Positions 1 through 11,130 of a stretch of 64,000 nt of DNA are shown one piece after another. Source of the DNA: Hypanus sabinus (lineage: Eukaryota); NCBI RefSeq assembly GCF_030144855.1, contig NC_082729.1, positions 23,002,001 to 23,066,000 of the forward strand, in the 5' to 3' direction. The notes beneath the pieces were generated by a model. The model did no database searches. It was not told where the DNA came from and saw only the letters and a program-made list of their open reading frames with translations. Made by a program: the position numbers and the translations under genes. How positions within the stretch are numbered: the stretch's first letter is position 1; every line of letters starts with the position of its first letter.

Positions 1-285
1 TATCAGACTCCTCAATACCCGAAGCCCAGACTGACACCTTGCTCTACTGTCCTGTTTATTATTTATTGTAATTCCTGCACTGTTTTTGTGCACTTTATCC
101 AACCAGTGTAGGTCTGTAGTCTAGTTTAGCTTTCTCTGTGTTGTGTTTTTTTATTACGTAGTTCGGTCCAGTTTTTTGAACTGCGTCATGTAACACCATG
201 GTCCTGAAAAATGTGTCATTTTTACTATGCACTGTACCGGCAGTTATGGTTGAAATGACAATAAAAGTTGACTTGAGTTGACTTG
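1..285 (+). mobile_element. 3' end of Rex1/Babar-type LINE
   Basis: Near-identical to 56008-56293, the 3' UTR of the RT-bearing copy at 54549-56293; ends AATAAA followed by a GACTTGA-type tandem tail. Confidence 0.7.
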
Positions 286-379
286 ATGTTCATCTGGATT
301 AAAATACATTTGCCATTTATTTGCCCACATTTCCAACATTTCTGTCTGGATGATTGAAATGTGATTTAAATGAAACCTT

Positions 380-610
380 TTGAATATTGAAAGGCCTAGA
401 GAGAATGGACATGGCAAGGATGTTTCCTATAGTGCCGGAGTCTGGGACCAGAGGACACAGCCTCAGAATAGAGGGACATCCCTTTAGAACGGAGGTGAAG
501 ATTAATTTCTTTAGCCAGATGGTGGTGAATCTCTGGAATTCTTTGCCACAGACAGCTGTGGGGGCCAGGTCATTGGATATGTTTAAAGTGGAGATGGATA
601 TGTTCTGGAC
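380..610 (+). mobile_element. CR1 LINE ORF2 C-terminal fragment
   Basis: Translation RMFPIV..TRGHSLRIEG..NFFSQMVVNLWNSLP is the typical CR1 ORF2 end; paralogous pieces at ~56390-56640 (+) and ~50400-50612 (-). Confidence 0.8.
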
Positions 611-974
611 TCGTATGGAGACCAGGGGCGGGAGGAGAAACCGATCGTCACTGTCCATCCCATCCAAGCCCCCATGATTTTATAATCTTCCAGCAGGTCT
701 CCCCTCAGCCCGCGGAGAAGATGATCCAATTTTGCCCACCGTCCCCATACAGATCGATCTCTACCCGCCCCTGATTTTGCTGCAAGTTTTTCCTTGTAAA
801 CCGGGGATCCCATGCTTTTCTGTGCCATGGTCCAATCACACAAGGGGTCTCTCCGGACGCCAGGGTGGGGACCACTGTTGTAAACACAAGAGATTCTGCA
901 GCTCTTGCTAACTCTCCCAGAGCAACACACACAAAACGCTGGAGGGACTAAGAGGAGCGATTGTTGGCTTATTA

Positions 975-1330
975 TGCGCCGCGTCGTATGACGTAGGTGA
1001 TCACGGACTGAGATCAACACTGTTCTTGGCAATTTTCCTACAGATGGGGTTTGCAATTGCCTTCTCCTGGGCAGTGTCTTTACAAGACGGGTGACCCCGG
1101 TCATTATCAATACTCTTCAGAGATTGTCTGCCTGGTGTCAGTGGTCGCATCACCAGGACTTGTGATCTGCACCGGCTGTTCATATGACCACCCACCACCA
1201 GCTCCCACGGTTTCACGTGACCCTGATTGGAGGGTCTGCAACTTGCCCAAGGGTGACCTGCAGGCTGGTGGTGGAAAGGGGCACCTTACATCTCCTTTAG
1301 TAGAGATGTATCTCCACCCCACCACCCTAG
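975..1330 (-). mobile_element. Short interspersed repeat, probably RTE-derived non-autonomous element
   Basis: Minus strand has GAAGGCAAT(T/G)GCAAACC..TTGCCAAGAA, resembling the RTE/Bov-A-type motif; recurs at ~15000-15140, 27840-28115, 33190-33335, 48505-48790 and 58420-58770. Confidence 0.45.
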
Positions 1331-2167
1331 GAACTATGCAAATAGATAAGCAGTCATGTTTATTCATTTCCATAGATGAATAAACATATCTTTGACTCAT
1401 TTTATTAATAATTTATTTCATAATTTTATTTTTAATGAATAAACAATCCTGGTGAAGGCTCTTGGCCCTAAACTTTGGCCACAGCTGGAGTCCAGTGTCC
1501 AGTTCTGGTCTCCATACTACAGGAAGGAGGTGACTGCACTGTAGAGGGTGCAGAGGACGTTGCCCGGAATGGAGCATTTCGGTTACGAGAAGAGAACGGA
1601 GAGGCAGCGTCTGTTCTCCCTGGAGCAGGGGATGCTGAGGTCGGACCTGATGGAGGGGGCAGGTGTGGGGGCAAAAGTCACGACGAGATAGAGCTGTCGT
1701 GTCTGGTCGCCATGGCAATGCGGAAGCCAGGCCCAGGAGGCAGTGAACCAACTTGGCCTGGACTCACGCAGAGGGCCCTTTGAGCCGGGACAAGTTTTTT
1801 TTTTGATCGGACGCTATCTGGCGACTGCGGAGAAATATTCAGTTAGTTGCTCAGCGGTTGAACAGATCACAGGCAAATCGGTGGTGGGGGGCAGGGGTCA
1901 GTGGGTAGCTTCCAGCCGAGGATTTTCGTTCACCAGGCCTTGAACGATGGGCCTTGTAGGATTGGGACAATGGTAGGTAGAGCGGTGGGGGGGTGCGGGT
2001 GCAATAAATGCAGGAGGTGACAGTGGGCAAGATGGAGTAAGAGGTATCAATGGCAGGACGGAGCGAGGAGCCAGCATTGGCGGGACATAGAGGATAAGCC
2101 CTCACACTCTGGCATCCGTACTGGAGATGGTCTTCATGCGAGTCTTGCAAGCTGTCTCGGTCTGCTC

Positions 2168-3139
2168 CTAAGCAAAGGCCAAACGAAGCGAGGTGCACAG
2201 GGAACGTCGGAAAACTTGGCGGAAGTCACGGCCAACAAAGACATAGAGGATGGGGTTCAGGATGCTGTTGAGGGAGACTAGGCCCATGGACAAGTTACCC
2301 CAGAACCAGGACATGGGATGCTTAATGATAATGTGTAGGAGGCCGTAGATGTGGTATGGGAGCCAGCAGAGGATAAAGGCAGCAACTACAACAGCAATGA
2401 GGCGGACAGGCTTCCTGGTCTTGCTGGTCTTGGCGAACTTGCCCCTCTGCAGCTTCTGGCCGATCAGGAGGTAGCAGAATGCCATGATGATGAAGGGCAA
2501 GACGAAGGCAAAGAGGGCCCGTGTCACCTCCACCACCTCCCTGGTCCGGTCTCCGAAATAAGTCCCAGTGTAGTTCAAGGTGCAGTAACTCAAGTTGAAC
2601 TCAGAGTCTATGTACACCGTCCGTATCAGCAGGGTAGGCAGGCTTATGAGGAAGGCGAGGCCCCAGGCCACAAGGCAGGCCACATGCACCCTAGCCAGGG
2701 TCCGGTAAGTCTGGGACCAAATGGGCCTAGTGACGGCCAGGCAGCGGTCGATGCTGATCATGGTCAATAGGAAGACACTGGCGTACATGTTGAGGATGAT
2801 GGCCGAGGGAATGAGCTTACAGAGGACGTTGTCTGTGGGCCAGGAGTTTCCCAGGACAACGTGAGCCATCTGGAAGGGGAGGCTGAGGCAGTAGGTCAGG
2901 TCTGCCACAGCCAGGTTCAGGAACCACACCGTGTTGACGCTCCGTTTCATCTTGAAGCCTGTCACCCAGATGACGGCCCCATTGCCAGGGACACCCAACA
3001 GGAAAGTGAGGGCGTAGACAAAGATGGACAAGATGGAGGCTGCTGGCAGTTGGGTCCCAGAATCCTCAGGTAAGTTCTCATAGGAGTCGTTTCCAAATAA
3101 AGAAATGTTGTCATAGTAATCATCTCCAGAATACATCAT
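2168..3139 (-). CDS. Chemoattractant GPCR, C3aR/C5aR/CMKLR1-like, copy 1 (323 aa; premature stop removes 22-aa tail)
   Basis: 7 hydrophobic helices with GVPGNGAVIW, NLAVADL, DRC, CWLPYH and NPILY. Start MMYSG follows acceptor ccctccAG at 3148-3147. TAG at 2168-2170 replaces the GAG of paralogs; the ancestral stop is at 2102-2104. Confidence 0.9.
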   Translation of the reverse strand: MMYSGDDYYDNISLFGNDSYENLPEDSGTQLPAASILSIFVYALTFLLGVPGNGAVIWVTGFKMKRSVNTVWFLNLAVADLTYCLSLPFQMAHVVLGNSWPTDNVLCKLIPSAIILNMYASVFLLTMISIDRCLAVTRPIWSQTYRTLARVHVACLVAWGLAFLISLPTLLIRTVYIDSEFNLSYCTLNYTGTYFGDRTREVVEVTRALFAFVLPFIIMAFCYLLIGQKLQRGKFAKTSKTRKPVRLIAVVVAAFILCWLPYHIYGLLHIIIKHPMSWFWGNLSMGLVSLNSILNPILYVFVGRDFRQVFRRSLCTSLRLAFA

Positions 3140-3146
3140 GCTGAGC

Positions 3147-4783
3147 CTGGAGGGGAAGACATTGTGGAGGTGAGAGAGGTTGGGATTGGAGGGAGGGGAC
3201 AAGAAGAGGGAAGGAGGGAGATGGGTGTGGGAAAGAGGAAGCAGGGAGAGAGAGGGAGGGAAAAGAGCGAAGATGGGGTCAAAAGGAGAGATGCATGAGA
3301 GTGGAGAGGTAGGTGAAGCTGATGGATGAAAGAGGATCGAAGGGGAAAGGGAGGGGGAGAGGAATGAACAACAGAGGAGCAACTGAAACGGGTGGATGAA
3401 GAGGTGCGGAGGGAGGGGGAGGGTAGAGAGATGGACGGGTAAGGGGAGGATGCTGGGTGCTGAAAGATGGAAGGAGTGGCAGAGGAGACGGGGAAGGGAG
3501 GACAGGTGAAGATTATTTGAAGATAACTAGGGGGGTGAAGAATAAGGAGAGGTGAGAGAAGGGAAGAGGAGAGAAATGGGAGAGGGAGTAGACAAGGTGA
3601 GGTGAGGAGGTGAGGGAAGAAGAGAGAGTGAAGGGTAAGAGGGAAGGGGAAGAAAGAACAGGATGGGGATGAGAGAAGGAGAGGGGGATAAGGAAAGGGG
3701 AAGGGAAGAGGCAGGGGAACATGAGGAGAGAAGGATGAGGAAAGGGGAGGGTGAAGGAGAAGGGGAGGAGGATCAGAAAGAAAGAGGGTCAGGAGGGGAA
3801 GGGAAGAGGAGGAAGAGTAAGAGGAGAAAGGGGAGGGGATGGGTGGACATGAGAGGAAGGAGTGGAGGAGAAAGGGCAGGGAAGGAGGAGGATGTGGGAA
3901 GGGGAGGGTGGGGAAGAAGAGGTAAGGGGTGGAGAAGGGAGGGTGAGGAAAAGGGAGTGGAAGGAGGAGGGAAGGGGAGGAGGAGGAGGAGGAGAAGGGG
4001 AAGATGAAGAGGGAAGGAGAGGAAGAGGACAGAAGGGGAGGAGGAGGAGGGAATGGGAGGAGGAGGGAAGGGGAGGAGGCGGAGGAGGAAAAGGTGGAAG
4101 AATTGTGTAGGAGACGGAAGGGTGAAGGGAAGGCAGGAGGGGTAGAAATGGGGTGTGGGGAAGGGAGGTTCCCCACAGTGGCAGGGACAAGCAAAGAGAA
4201 AGGGGGACGGAGGAAGTGAGGTGAAGTGGGGGGAGGGTTGAATGCAGGTACGGTGGAAAGAATAAGGAGGGCAAGAGGGGAAGGTGAGTGGCAAAGGGTG
4301 GAGGGGGCAGGGGAAGAGATGGAGAGGAGGGAAGAACAAGAAAGAGTGGGGTGAAGGTTTGAAGGGGGTGGGAAGGAGAGGAGCCTGAATGGGGAGAGGA
4401 GGGTTGGAGGAAAATGAAAGAGAGGATGGAGGTCACAACCATCTCCCCCCTCACTGCCCCTCCTGCACCATGGTGCTCACTCCTCAACAGCCCTCACACA
4501 CCGCATTGGTTCTCCTCCCTGACAACCCCGCCCCCCCTCCAGCCCCACAGCAGAGACGGAAAATGGACGGGGATGGGGAAGAAAGTGGCCTTCAGTGTGA
4601 CACTCCCCCCTCACCTCCTCACCCTCAGCACGGCACACCCTCCTGACTGAAATGAACGCAGTGCACTCCGCCATCCTCACCTCCCCCACACCACCCCACC
4701 TCCTCTCCCCGCCATTCATCATCCGCTGTCGGTCCCTAGGGACCCCAGCTCCTGCATTCCTTCCTGGGCCCCCGCCGACTCAC
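3147..4783 (-). other. Intron of copy 1 (GT-AG, pyrimidine-rich on sense strand)
   Basis: Donor CAAG|GTGAGT at 4784/4783; acceptor CCAG|GCTCAGCATG at 3147/3146; both conserved in every copy that retains this region. Confidence 0.75.
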
Positions 4784-5180
4784 CTTGGAGCCTGCTCTCC
4801 CTCTCGATGAAGTTCTGCCTCCCCGGAATCTCTGGCTCACTCCGTCCCCCCGGGCAGCTCGGGAGAGTTGGACTCAGATCCCAAACTGCTGCGACCACAG
4901 CAACCAATGCTGAAGATGAACTGTGCAGAAACGAATGGAAGGGCTGTCCGCAGCCCCGGTAGAGCAGGGAAGGGAGAATAGGACGCTGGTCCGGGAGCAG
5001 TCCGGAGAGTGGAGCGGGTCCCGTCTGAGGCTGAAAAACACATCAGCATGATTTTATCACTTTTTTCCATCTCTGGTATCCGGTTTAACAGCTCAGTTCC
5101 TCACACTGAATCAGATGGGGACGGCAAAGCGTTAAAGAGAAACCACAGGAGTTCCTGAATGAGAGAAAAAAGAGTAAACA
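4784..5180 (-). promoter_or_regulatory. Non-coding 5' exon and putative promoter of copy 1
   Basis: Conserved ~400-bp block upstream of each copy (also 18696-19092, 24727-25122, 42868-43177, 45856-46165, 63201-63597). An in-frame TGA with no later ATG makes the exon non-coding. Contains GAGGAACT (ETS/PU.1-like) and TGTGGTTT (RUNX). TSS not determinable. Confidence 0.55.
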
Positions 5181-6104
5181 TCCCATCACACACTCCCGAG
5201 GTCAGACACAGACTGAAGCTCCCTCCACACCGTCCCATCACACACTCCCGGGGTCAGACACAGAGTGAAGCTCCCTCCACACCGTCCCATCACACACTCC
5301 CGGGGTCAGACACAGAGTGAAGCTCCCTCCACACCGACCCATCTCACACTCCCGGGGTCAGACACAGAGTGAAGCTCCCTCCACACCGTCCCATCACACA
5401 CTCCCGGGGTCAGACACAGAGTGAAGCTCCCTCCACACCGTCCCATCTCACACTCCCGGGGTCAGACACAGAGTGAAGCTCCCTCCACACCGTCCCATCA
5501 CACACTCCCGGGGTCAGACACAGAGTGAAACTCCCTCCACACCGTCCCATCACACACTCCCGGGGTCAGACACAGAGCGAAGCTCCCTCCACACCGTCCC
5601 ATCACACTCTCCCGGGGTCAGACACAGAGTGAAGCTCCCTCCACACCGTCCCATCACACACTCCTGGGGTCAGACACAGAGTGAAGCTCCCTCCACATTC
5701 TCCCATCACACACTCCTGGGGTCAGACACAGAGTGAAGCTCCCTCCACACTCTCCCATCACACACTCCCGGGGTCAGACACAGAGTGAAGCTCCCTCCAC
5801 ACCGTCCCATCACACACTCCCGGGGTCAGACACAGAGTGAAGCTCCCTCCACACCGTCCCATCACACACTCCTGGGGTCAGACACAGAGTGAAGCTCCCT
5901 CCACACTCTCCCATCACACACTCCTGGGGTCAGACACAGAGTGAAGCTCCCTCCACACGGTCCCATCACACACTCCCGGGGTCAGACACAGAGTGAAGCT
6001 CCCTCCACACCGTCCCATCACACTCTCCCGGGGTCAGACACAGAGTGAAGCTCCCTCCACACGGTCACATCACACACTCCCGGGGTCAGACACAGAGTGG
6101 AGCT
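5181..6104 (+). repeat. 52-bp satellite array A1 (~18 units)
   Basis: Unit ACACCGTCCCATCACACACTCCCGGGGTCAGACACAGAGTGAAGCTCCCTCC; period 52 (e.g. 5221 vs 5273). Confidence 0.97.
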
Positions 6105-6627
6105 GTTCTGAATGCGCTGGGAGACATCGAGGAAAAACTGCTGTATGAAGGTCGTGAGTTACTTGGAATTGGTTTGAAACATCTCTTGGACATCTAAGTG
6201 AGCGGCTGCTTTAGAGTGGAAGCTTCGTTTGGAGTTTTTCTGCCAGTTTGGACGGGATTCGTTGACGGCTGCGAACTGCGTAGCACCCGGCTGTGGCCGC
6301 TGGCGACTCGCCAGGAAGCAGGTTCGCTCCCAAAACCGGAGACAAACGCCGTTGTTCCCCCACTGACATCGGGGCAACCTCCTTCCATCTTTATTGTCAT
6401 GACTCACGGTCCATGTAGGAGCCAAAGCATCGCTTGATACGTCTCGACCTCTCACGGCCTAGAAGTTCTGCAGGACTAACGGAGCGTTTCCTGGCGTTGG
6501 AATCTCTGGCACGGAGCCAGCAAGGTGCTGTCGAGTACAAACTTTTCCAGCCAGTTACTCAACTCGCTCCAGGACTTTATAAACAGCACCATCACCGTAT
6601 CATTCTCGATTCGGACACAGAAGCAAA

Positions 6628-7980
6628 ATGCCGGACCGGTCTGCCGGGAGTCGCGGGCCTTCGGGGAGTTATGCAAAGGCGGCTGCCTCTCCAGCCTCGG
6701 ACAACGCCCTGTTTCGGTCGGTGAAAGTTGAACGCGGGGTGCAATGTATTTTGCGAGCTGGAACTACCCTGGAAAAGTGCGCGGAGGCCATGGAGGACTT
6801 GTTGGGGAGAGATGGTGTTTTGGCCGCTGAGAAAGAGTTCGTGAAGGCGGTGTTTTATCTGAGGAATGATGAGTTGGTGCATCGGGCCCTCAGTAGAGGG
6901 AACACGGTGGAGAACATCTTTTTACAGATGGAGCTAGTGACAGCTCCCACACAACGCATCGTCCTCGGTCACGTAAAGCCTTTCATCCCCAACGAGGACC
7001 TGCTTCCCGCACTAACACGCTTGGGGCAAGTACGGTCAGAAATAACTGCCATCGGGCACAAATTCAGGAGACGCACCCTCCGGACCGTAATCTCTTTCCG
7101 GCGACAGGTATTCATGAAACTGGAAAAGGAGGACAAAGTTGAGGGCCGGTTTACCGTCCGGCACGAGGGGGTAGATTATCAGGTGTATTGGAGCTCTGAG
7201 CGCCCACGGTGCCATGCGTGCGGGGAGGTGGGGCACTTTCGGAGGGACTGTCCTAGCGCCCAAAAACTCAGGGAGTCCACTTCGGGAACTAGTGCCCCAG
7301 CTGACTCTGCCCCTGATCCCATTCCTGCTCCTACACCTCTTCCGGACCCTGCTCCTGCCCCTGACCCTGTCTCTAACCCTGTCCCTATTCCTTCGTCTGT
7401 TCCAGTCTCTGCTCCTACCCCTGTGGTTCAGGCGGGTGATCCTGGGGCTACGTGTGGGGAGGTTCAGGCGAGGGACGGGGTGGAGTCCGGGCGGGGCAAG
7501 AAAGCGAGGAAGAAGTCGAAACACATGAAGAAGTCGGCCCCCGAGACCGCAGAGCTCACGCCCATTTGCCCTGAAGTGGAGCGGGAGGCTCGGGGAAGCG
7601 CACAGTCGGACGGGGTGAGGGAAGCGGAGAGTAACGCTCCATCGGTGAATCCCGCACCTGTGTGCTCCTCCGGCTTGAAGAGGAGAAGGGAATGTTCCCC
7701 CAAGAGGGCAGAGAATGTAGATGAGGGGGAGTCCCAGAAAGGGGTGGGGATCCGGGTGGAAGTTGTGTCTAACCCTGAATCCCCAGATGTAGCCACCAGT
7801 CCTGTTGTGGGTGGTGTGGTTGTGCAGGAAGCTAGCGCTGGGCCTGTTTGCACAACTAAAACAGACCTGGAGCCCTCCACCCAGGACTTCGCAGTAAGCG
7901 CCTCCCTGGAGGCAAATGTATTAAACAGTGTGAGCGGAGAGGAGACCACGCTCTCACTGTCAGCATCAGGCTACCGGTGA
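6628..7980 (+). CDS. Tx1-type ORF1 (nucleic-acid-binding, zinc knuckle); probably continues through frameshifts to ~8650
   Basis: RIVLGHVKPFIPNEDL..ISFRRQVFM (Tx1 ORF1-like), CHACGEVGHFRRDC knuckle, then a Pro-rich tract. Confidence 0.8.
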   Translation: MPDRSAGSRGPSGSYAKAAASPASDNALFRSVKVERGVQCILRAGTTLEKCAEAMEDLLGRDGVLAAEKEFVKAVFYLRNDELVHRALSRGNTVENIFLQMELVTAPTQRIVLGHVKPFIPNEDLLPALTRLGQVRSEITAIGHKFRRRTLRTVISFRRQVFMKLEKEDKVEGRFTVRHEGVDYQVYWSSERPRCHACGEVGHFRRDCPSAQKLRESTSGTSAPADSAPDPIPAPTPLPDPAPAPDPVSNPVPIPSSVPVSAPTPVVQAGDPGATCGEVQARDGVESGRGKKARKKSKHMKKSAPETAELTPICPEVEREARGSAQSDGVREAESNAPSVNPAPVCSSGLKRRRECSPKRAENVDEGESQKGVGIRVEVVSNPESPDVATSPVVGGVVVQEASAGPVCTTKTDLEPSTQDFAVSASLEANVLNSVSGEETTLSLSASGYR

Positions 7981-8654
7981 ATCCCTTGGACCAGAGCTGC
8001 TGGGGTCCCCTTCATGCCTGTCTCCTGGGGAGGGTGATGTAACCTGCATGCCGACCCCATCAACTAATGGCCTGCAGGGAGTCGCTGGGTATTTTCCCTC
8101 CATCGTCGCAACTGTGGGTAAGACTGCTGCGACGGTGGAGCGGGAAGGTATGAGGGAGGTACCTGCTGTGTAGTGTGGGTTACAGGGGCAGCGACCTTAT
8201 ACACCACATGAGGAGGACGGTGGGGAATCTGTCTGCAGTGAGGGGTTGGAGGGAGATTCTATTGATAGCGAGACAATGGACATCCTCACCCCTCCTGAGA
8301 AATCCCCATTGATACCTGTAGAGGAGATCAGAGAGTTTATTCACTCCTCTGTGGGTGCAAAGCATCGGCCTAAATTAGCCTCGCTTCGCTGGCCTAGCAT
8401 GCCGAGGCTGGTGAAGTCCCTGAGGGTCATCCTCAGACGGAAGGGGAAGGGGAAGAGGAATGCTGTGTCAGGGAATGACAGACGGCAGCTGAAATCCTTC
8501 CTGGATGACCTGGTGCGGGACATCAGGATGAAAAGCAGCCTCGCTCATTCGGGAGATGGTGGGTCACAGGGTAGCGATGGTAGCAGTCGGGCCCGGAAAG
8601 GAAAGAATGTTCTTGGTTTTCTTCCAGATAGTGCGGCGCCACCGCTCTCAGTGG

Positions 8655-11130
8655 GAAGGTTCCTCCATCACGGACCCCGACGAAATTACCAAAGAAGTCC
8701 TCACTTTCTATCGGTCCTTATTCTCACCGGATCCGTCAAATGCGGGCGGGTCTGGGAAGATTTGCCAAAGGTCAACCCAGAAGACGCAGCGCGTCTGGAC
8801 GCCTCCCTGACTGGGGAGGAGCTGTCTACTGCCCTTCGGCAACTCCGGAGGGGTAAGTCCCCTGGCTTAGATGGTCTGAGTGTGGAGTTTTATCAGGCTT
8901 TTTGGGATGTCCTGGGGGTTGATTACAGCCTTGTTCTAGGGGAGAGACTAGCCACCGGGGAATTGCCCCTCTCATGGCGGAGAGCTGTCGTGGTCCTACT
9001 GCCCAAGAAGGGAGACCTCCGCCTGCTAAAGAACTGGCGCCCGGTCTCCCTCTTGTGCGAGGACTGCAAGATCTTCGCCCGGGCAATGGCCAACCGTCTT
9101 GGTTCAGTACTGAGACAGGTGATTCATCCTGACCAATCTTACACAGTCCCGGGGCGCTCCATCCAGGACAATGTCCACCTAGTACGGGACCTGATCCACC
9201 TGCACCAGGAGACTGGGTCCCCGGCAGCGTTTCTTTCTCTTGACCAGGAGAAGGCGTTTGACCGGGTAGACCACAGTTTCCTGGTGGGCACTCTGCAGGC
9301 CTTTGGGCTCGGACCACACTTTGTGGCCCGAGTTCGGCTCCTCTACTCTGCCGCAGAGTGCCTTGTTAAGGTCAATGGATCACTGGCAGCGCCCATTCCC
9401 TTCAGGAGAGGAGTACGTCAGGGATGCCCCATGTCCGGTCAATTGTACGCGATCTGTGTCGAGCCATTCCTCAGCCTTCTTCGGCGAAGGCTGACAGGTC
9501 TGGTTCTGCGTGAACCGGACATGGAGGTCGTCCTCTCGGCCTACGCCGATGATGTACTCCTCATGATGACAGATCCCAATGACCTGCGGAGGATGAGCGA
9601 GTGCCAAGACGTTTTCTCGGCGGCATCCTCCGCCAGGATCAACTGGGCGAAATGTTCCGGACTCTTAGTGGGTCAGTGGCAGATGGACTCCCGGCCGGAG
9701 GAGATGAGAGCTTTTGAGTGGAGTACTAGGCATCTCCTCTATCTGGGATTCTACCTGAGTCCTTCTGGGGAGACCTGGCTGGCGAACTGGCAGGACCTGG
9801 AGACGAAAGTCATGCTGGGGAGCTGGTCAGGCCTTCTCAGGGTGCTTTCCTATCGAGGCTGGGTGGTGTTCATAAACCAGCTGGTGGCCTCCATGTTGTG
9901 GTATCGGATGATCACCTTGGCCCATCCTGCCCCGTTTGTTGCAAGAATGCAGAGGAAGTTAGTGGACTCCTTCTGGGGCAACAGGAAACACTGGGTCTCT
10001 GCAGCGGTCTTAAGTCTCCCAGTGGGAGAGGGCGGACAGTCGCTGGTGTGCGTCCGAACGCAGCTGGCGGCTCTCCGCCTCAGGACTCTGCAGAGATTCC
10101 TGTACGCCGAGCAGCCTCCCAGGTGGCACGTGTTGGCGACTTTCTTCCTCCGTAGGGGCTGCTGTCTTCACGAAGACATGCGGTTACCACCGGCGGGCGT
10201 CAGCCGTACTGCTTTGCGGAGTCTGCCCGGCTTCTATCAGGACCTACTGAGAGTCTGGAACATGGTCGCCTCAGGCCGGGAATCCCCTCCTCCGGCGGAG
10301 GGCGGGGTCCTGGCCGACCCTTGCCCTACCTCAGTGGCTGTCGGTGCGGCTCAGTTGTGTGGACCGACTCAGGCCGAGCTGCTTGTCGGGCCCAGGCCCC
10401 GCAATCTTCTCCGGGAGCCGTGTCCACACAACTTGAGCCGTCTCTCATCGATACCCACGGTCCCATTCAGGGATGCAAGTAGGAGGTATCTGTATGGGCT
10501 GCTACTCCACACCCTCCACTTCCTTGCCCTTGTCCACCGTCCCGACACGCCATGGCGGTCGGTCCTTCCACCCGGAGGTGAGGAGGGTCCCCACTGGAAG
10601 TCCCTTTATGCCGGGGTTCTTCCCATGCACCTGGGGGATCTCGCCTGGAGGGTGTTGCATAGAGCGGTGCCCTGCAACAAGTTTTTCAGTTTGTACACGG
10701 ATCTCCCACCCTCTCCAGCCACTTCTGCGGGCTGGAGGAGACCGTGTACCACATGTACTTGGAGTGTGAGAGGCTGCTGCCCCTTTTTGCGTATTTACGT
10801 GGGCTGCTTCTCACCTTCTGGCTACATGTTAGCCCCACCCTTTTTATATAGGGTCATCCAGTAAGGAAGGGGGCATGGAGGGATGAGGATGTCCTAGTCA
10901 ACTTGCTCCTGGGGCTGGCGAAATCCGCCATCCAAGGGTCTTGCAAACGGGTGGCGGGAGGATCTCCCCGGGCAGACTGCCTGGCAATGTTTAGGGGGTA
11001 TGTTCATGCCCGGGTAAATATTGAAAAAGAACACGCGCAGTCCACAGCGGCCTTGGAGGAGTTTCGAGACCGTTGGGCTCCGCGGGGTGTAAATGTCATC
11101 GTGGATAGAGATGGCAACATTCTGGTGTAA
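8655..11130 (+). pseudogene. Tx1 ORF2 remnant: RT and C-terminus, APE endonuclease absent, frameshifted
   Basis: GSSITDPDEITKEVLTFYRSLFS linker, KSPGLDG, NWRPVSLL, DQEKAFD, GVRQGCPMS, YADD, HFCGLEETVYHMYLEC; stop at 11128-11130; frameshifts near 8740, 10710 and 10850. Confidence 0.85.

Noticed and set aside
2351-2770. 139-aa antisense ORF repeated in four copies
   Set aside because: Shadow of the GPCR CDS with a non-ATG start; conserved only because the sense gene is.
3136-4487. Long Pro/Ser/Leu/Phe or Gly/Glu/Arg ORFs and apparent N-terminal extensions of the receptors (404, 436, 648 aa)
   Set aside because: Low-complexity intronic sequence upstream of a conserved acceptor; not conserved in frame between paralogs.
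5181-6104. Satellite arrays as a CRISPR array
   Set aside because: Head-to-tail units with no unique spacers, no cas genes, eukaryotic context.
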